29,589 bases of DNA. Source: Prasinococcaceae sp. CCMP 1430 (lineage: Eukaryota; Plantae; Prasinodermophyta). The stretch covers positions 1 to 29,589 of the forward strand of contig RQSC01001165.1 of assembly GCA_013416795.1 (NCBI GenBank), in the 5' to 3' direction. Position numbers and translations under genes: made by a program. Below the pieces are notes generated by a model that was given only the letters and a program-made list of their open reading frames with translations, was not told where the DNA came from and ran no database searches. Position 1 is the stretch's first letter; the number at the start of each line of letters is the position of its first letter. Positions 28,936 through 29,589 of this stretch are shown piece by piece.

Positions 28936-29589
28936 ACACACGCACGCACTTAGCACCAACGCGTCGCTTGAGGTTTCGGTTCGAATATAGGGTCACTCCT
29001 CCAGACCCTACGCACCTGCGCTCGATCGGACGGGTTGCGGTTCGAAGCGCGGCGGTGTGGCACCAGAGCGCGCGCCGCCAACACCCCCACCCACCCACCC
29101 ACCCACCCGCCCGCGCACGCACACACCCACCACCGCGCGCGGCCGCCCACCCGTCCTCACCCCGGCCTTGCCGTCGCCTGACCAGGTCTGTTTGCGCTTC
29201 CCTTCGCCTCGCTTCCCCGTTTCCTCCCGTCGATTCCCCGGATCATCGGCCTTCGCGGCCCCGACCCCCTCGATCGATCGACCCCGCCCCCCCAAGCCAT
29301 CAACCGACCAGCGTTCTGCCGGGCGGTGTTTCGGGCGGGAACTCGCGTTTCGGTTTTTTGGCGGGCCGCGCGCGCGTTCCCGCCGCGCGTGATCGGAGCC
29401 CCCTCGGGAGCGCGCCCAACCCAAACAGCCCGCCCGCCCGCCCCGCACGACCGCGTGTCAAAGGGAATGGCGGGGCGGGGCGAGGCGAACCCAATTCAAA
29501 CCCTGATTAAATAGAACCGTAAATGAAGTTTGCGATGCGTGCCCGCGCGCGGCCCGCCAACCTCCCCCCCCCGCCCGCCCCCGCACGCC

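Noticed and set aside
533-29281. CTCGATCG as a promoter motif (533, 847, 19696, 29021, 29270)
   Set aside because: It also occurs within coding exons (about 20525 and 24277 on the reverse strand) and is expected in a CG-rich genome.
1-29589. Nucleosome-period clustering of CG dinucleotides, as in DNMT5-methylated algae
   Set aside because: CGCG runs are abundant but I could not establish a period by eye. It needs an autocorrelation or Fourier analysis, where a peak near 170-200 bp would support it.

Overview
GC-rich eukaryotic nuclear DNA, not prokaryotic. PsaK, RPH1, a BTL3-type carrier, short GT-AG introns with CTGAC branch motifs and TGTAA signals after several stops point to a green alga, probably prasinophyte-grade (taxon is inference). 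Gene order: RPH1 (+), GNS-like sulfatase (-), Ded1/DDX3 helicase (+), a possible spliced small-ORF/snoRNA locus (-), a poorly resolved small gene (+), BTL3-like mitochondrial carrier (+), TopBP1/MEI1-like BRCT protein (+), a 452-aa unknown (-), HAD-IIA hydrolase (+), PsaK (-), bacterial-type polyphosphate kinase PPK1 with a long acidic N-terminal extension (+), a secreted polysaccharide-lyase-fold protein with two kinds of Cys-rich repeats (-), a 951-N gap, TIM13 (+), and an apparently identical 1,002-bp second copy of part of PPK1 that is probably an assembly artefact. I found no CRISPR array, rRNA, tRNA or transposase. Most of the ORF track is antisense or frame shadow. The best leads are the modular lyase-fold protein (possibly linked to the sulfatase in sulfated-glycan remodelling), the extended PPK1, and the candidate non-coding locus at 7.25-7.8 kb. 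All family assignments come from motif recognition by eye; no searches were run.
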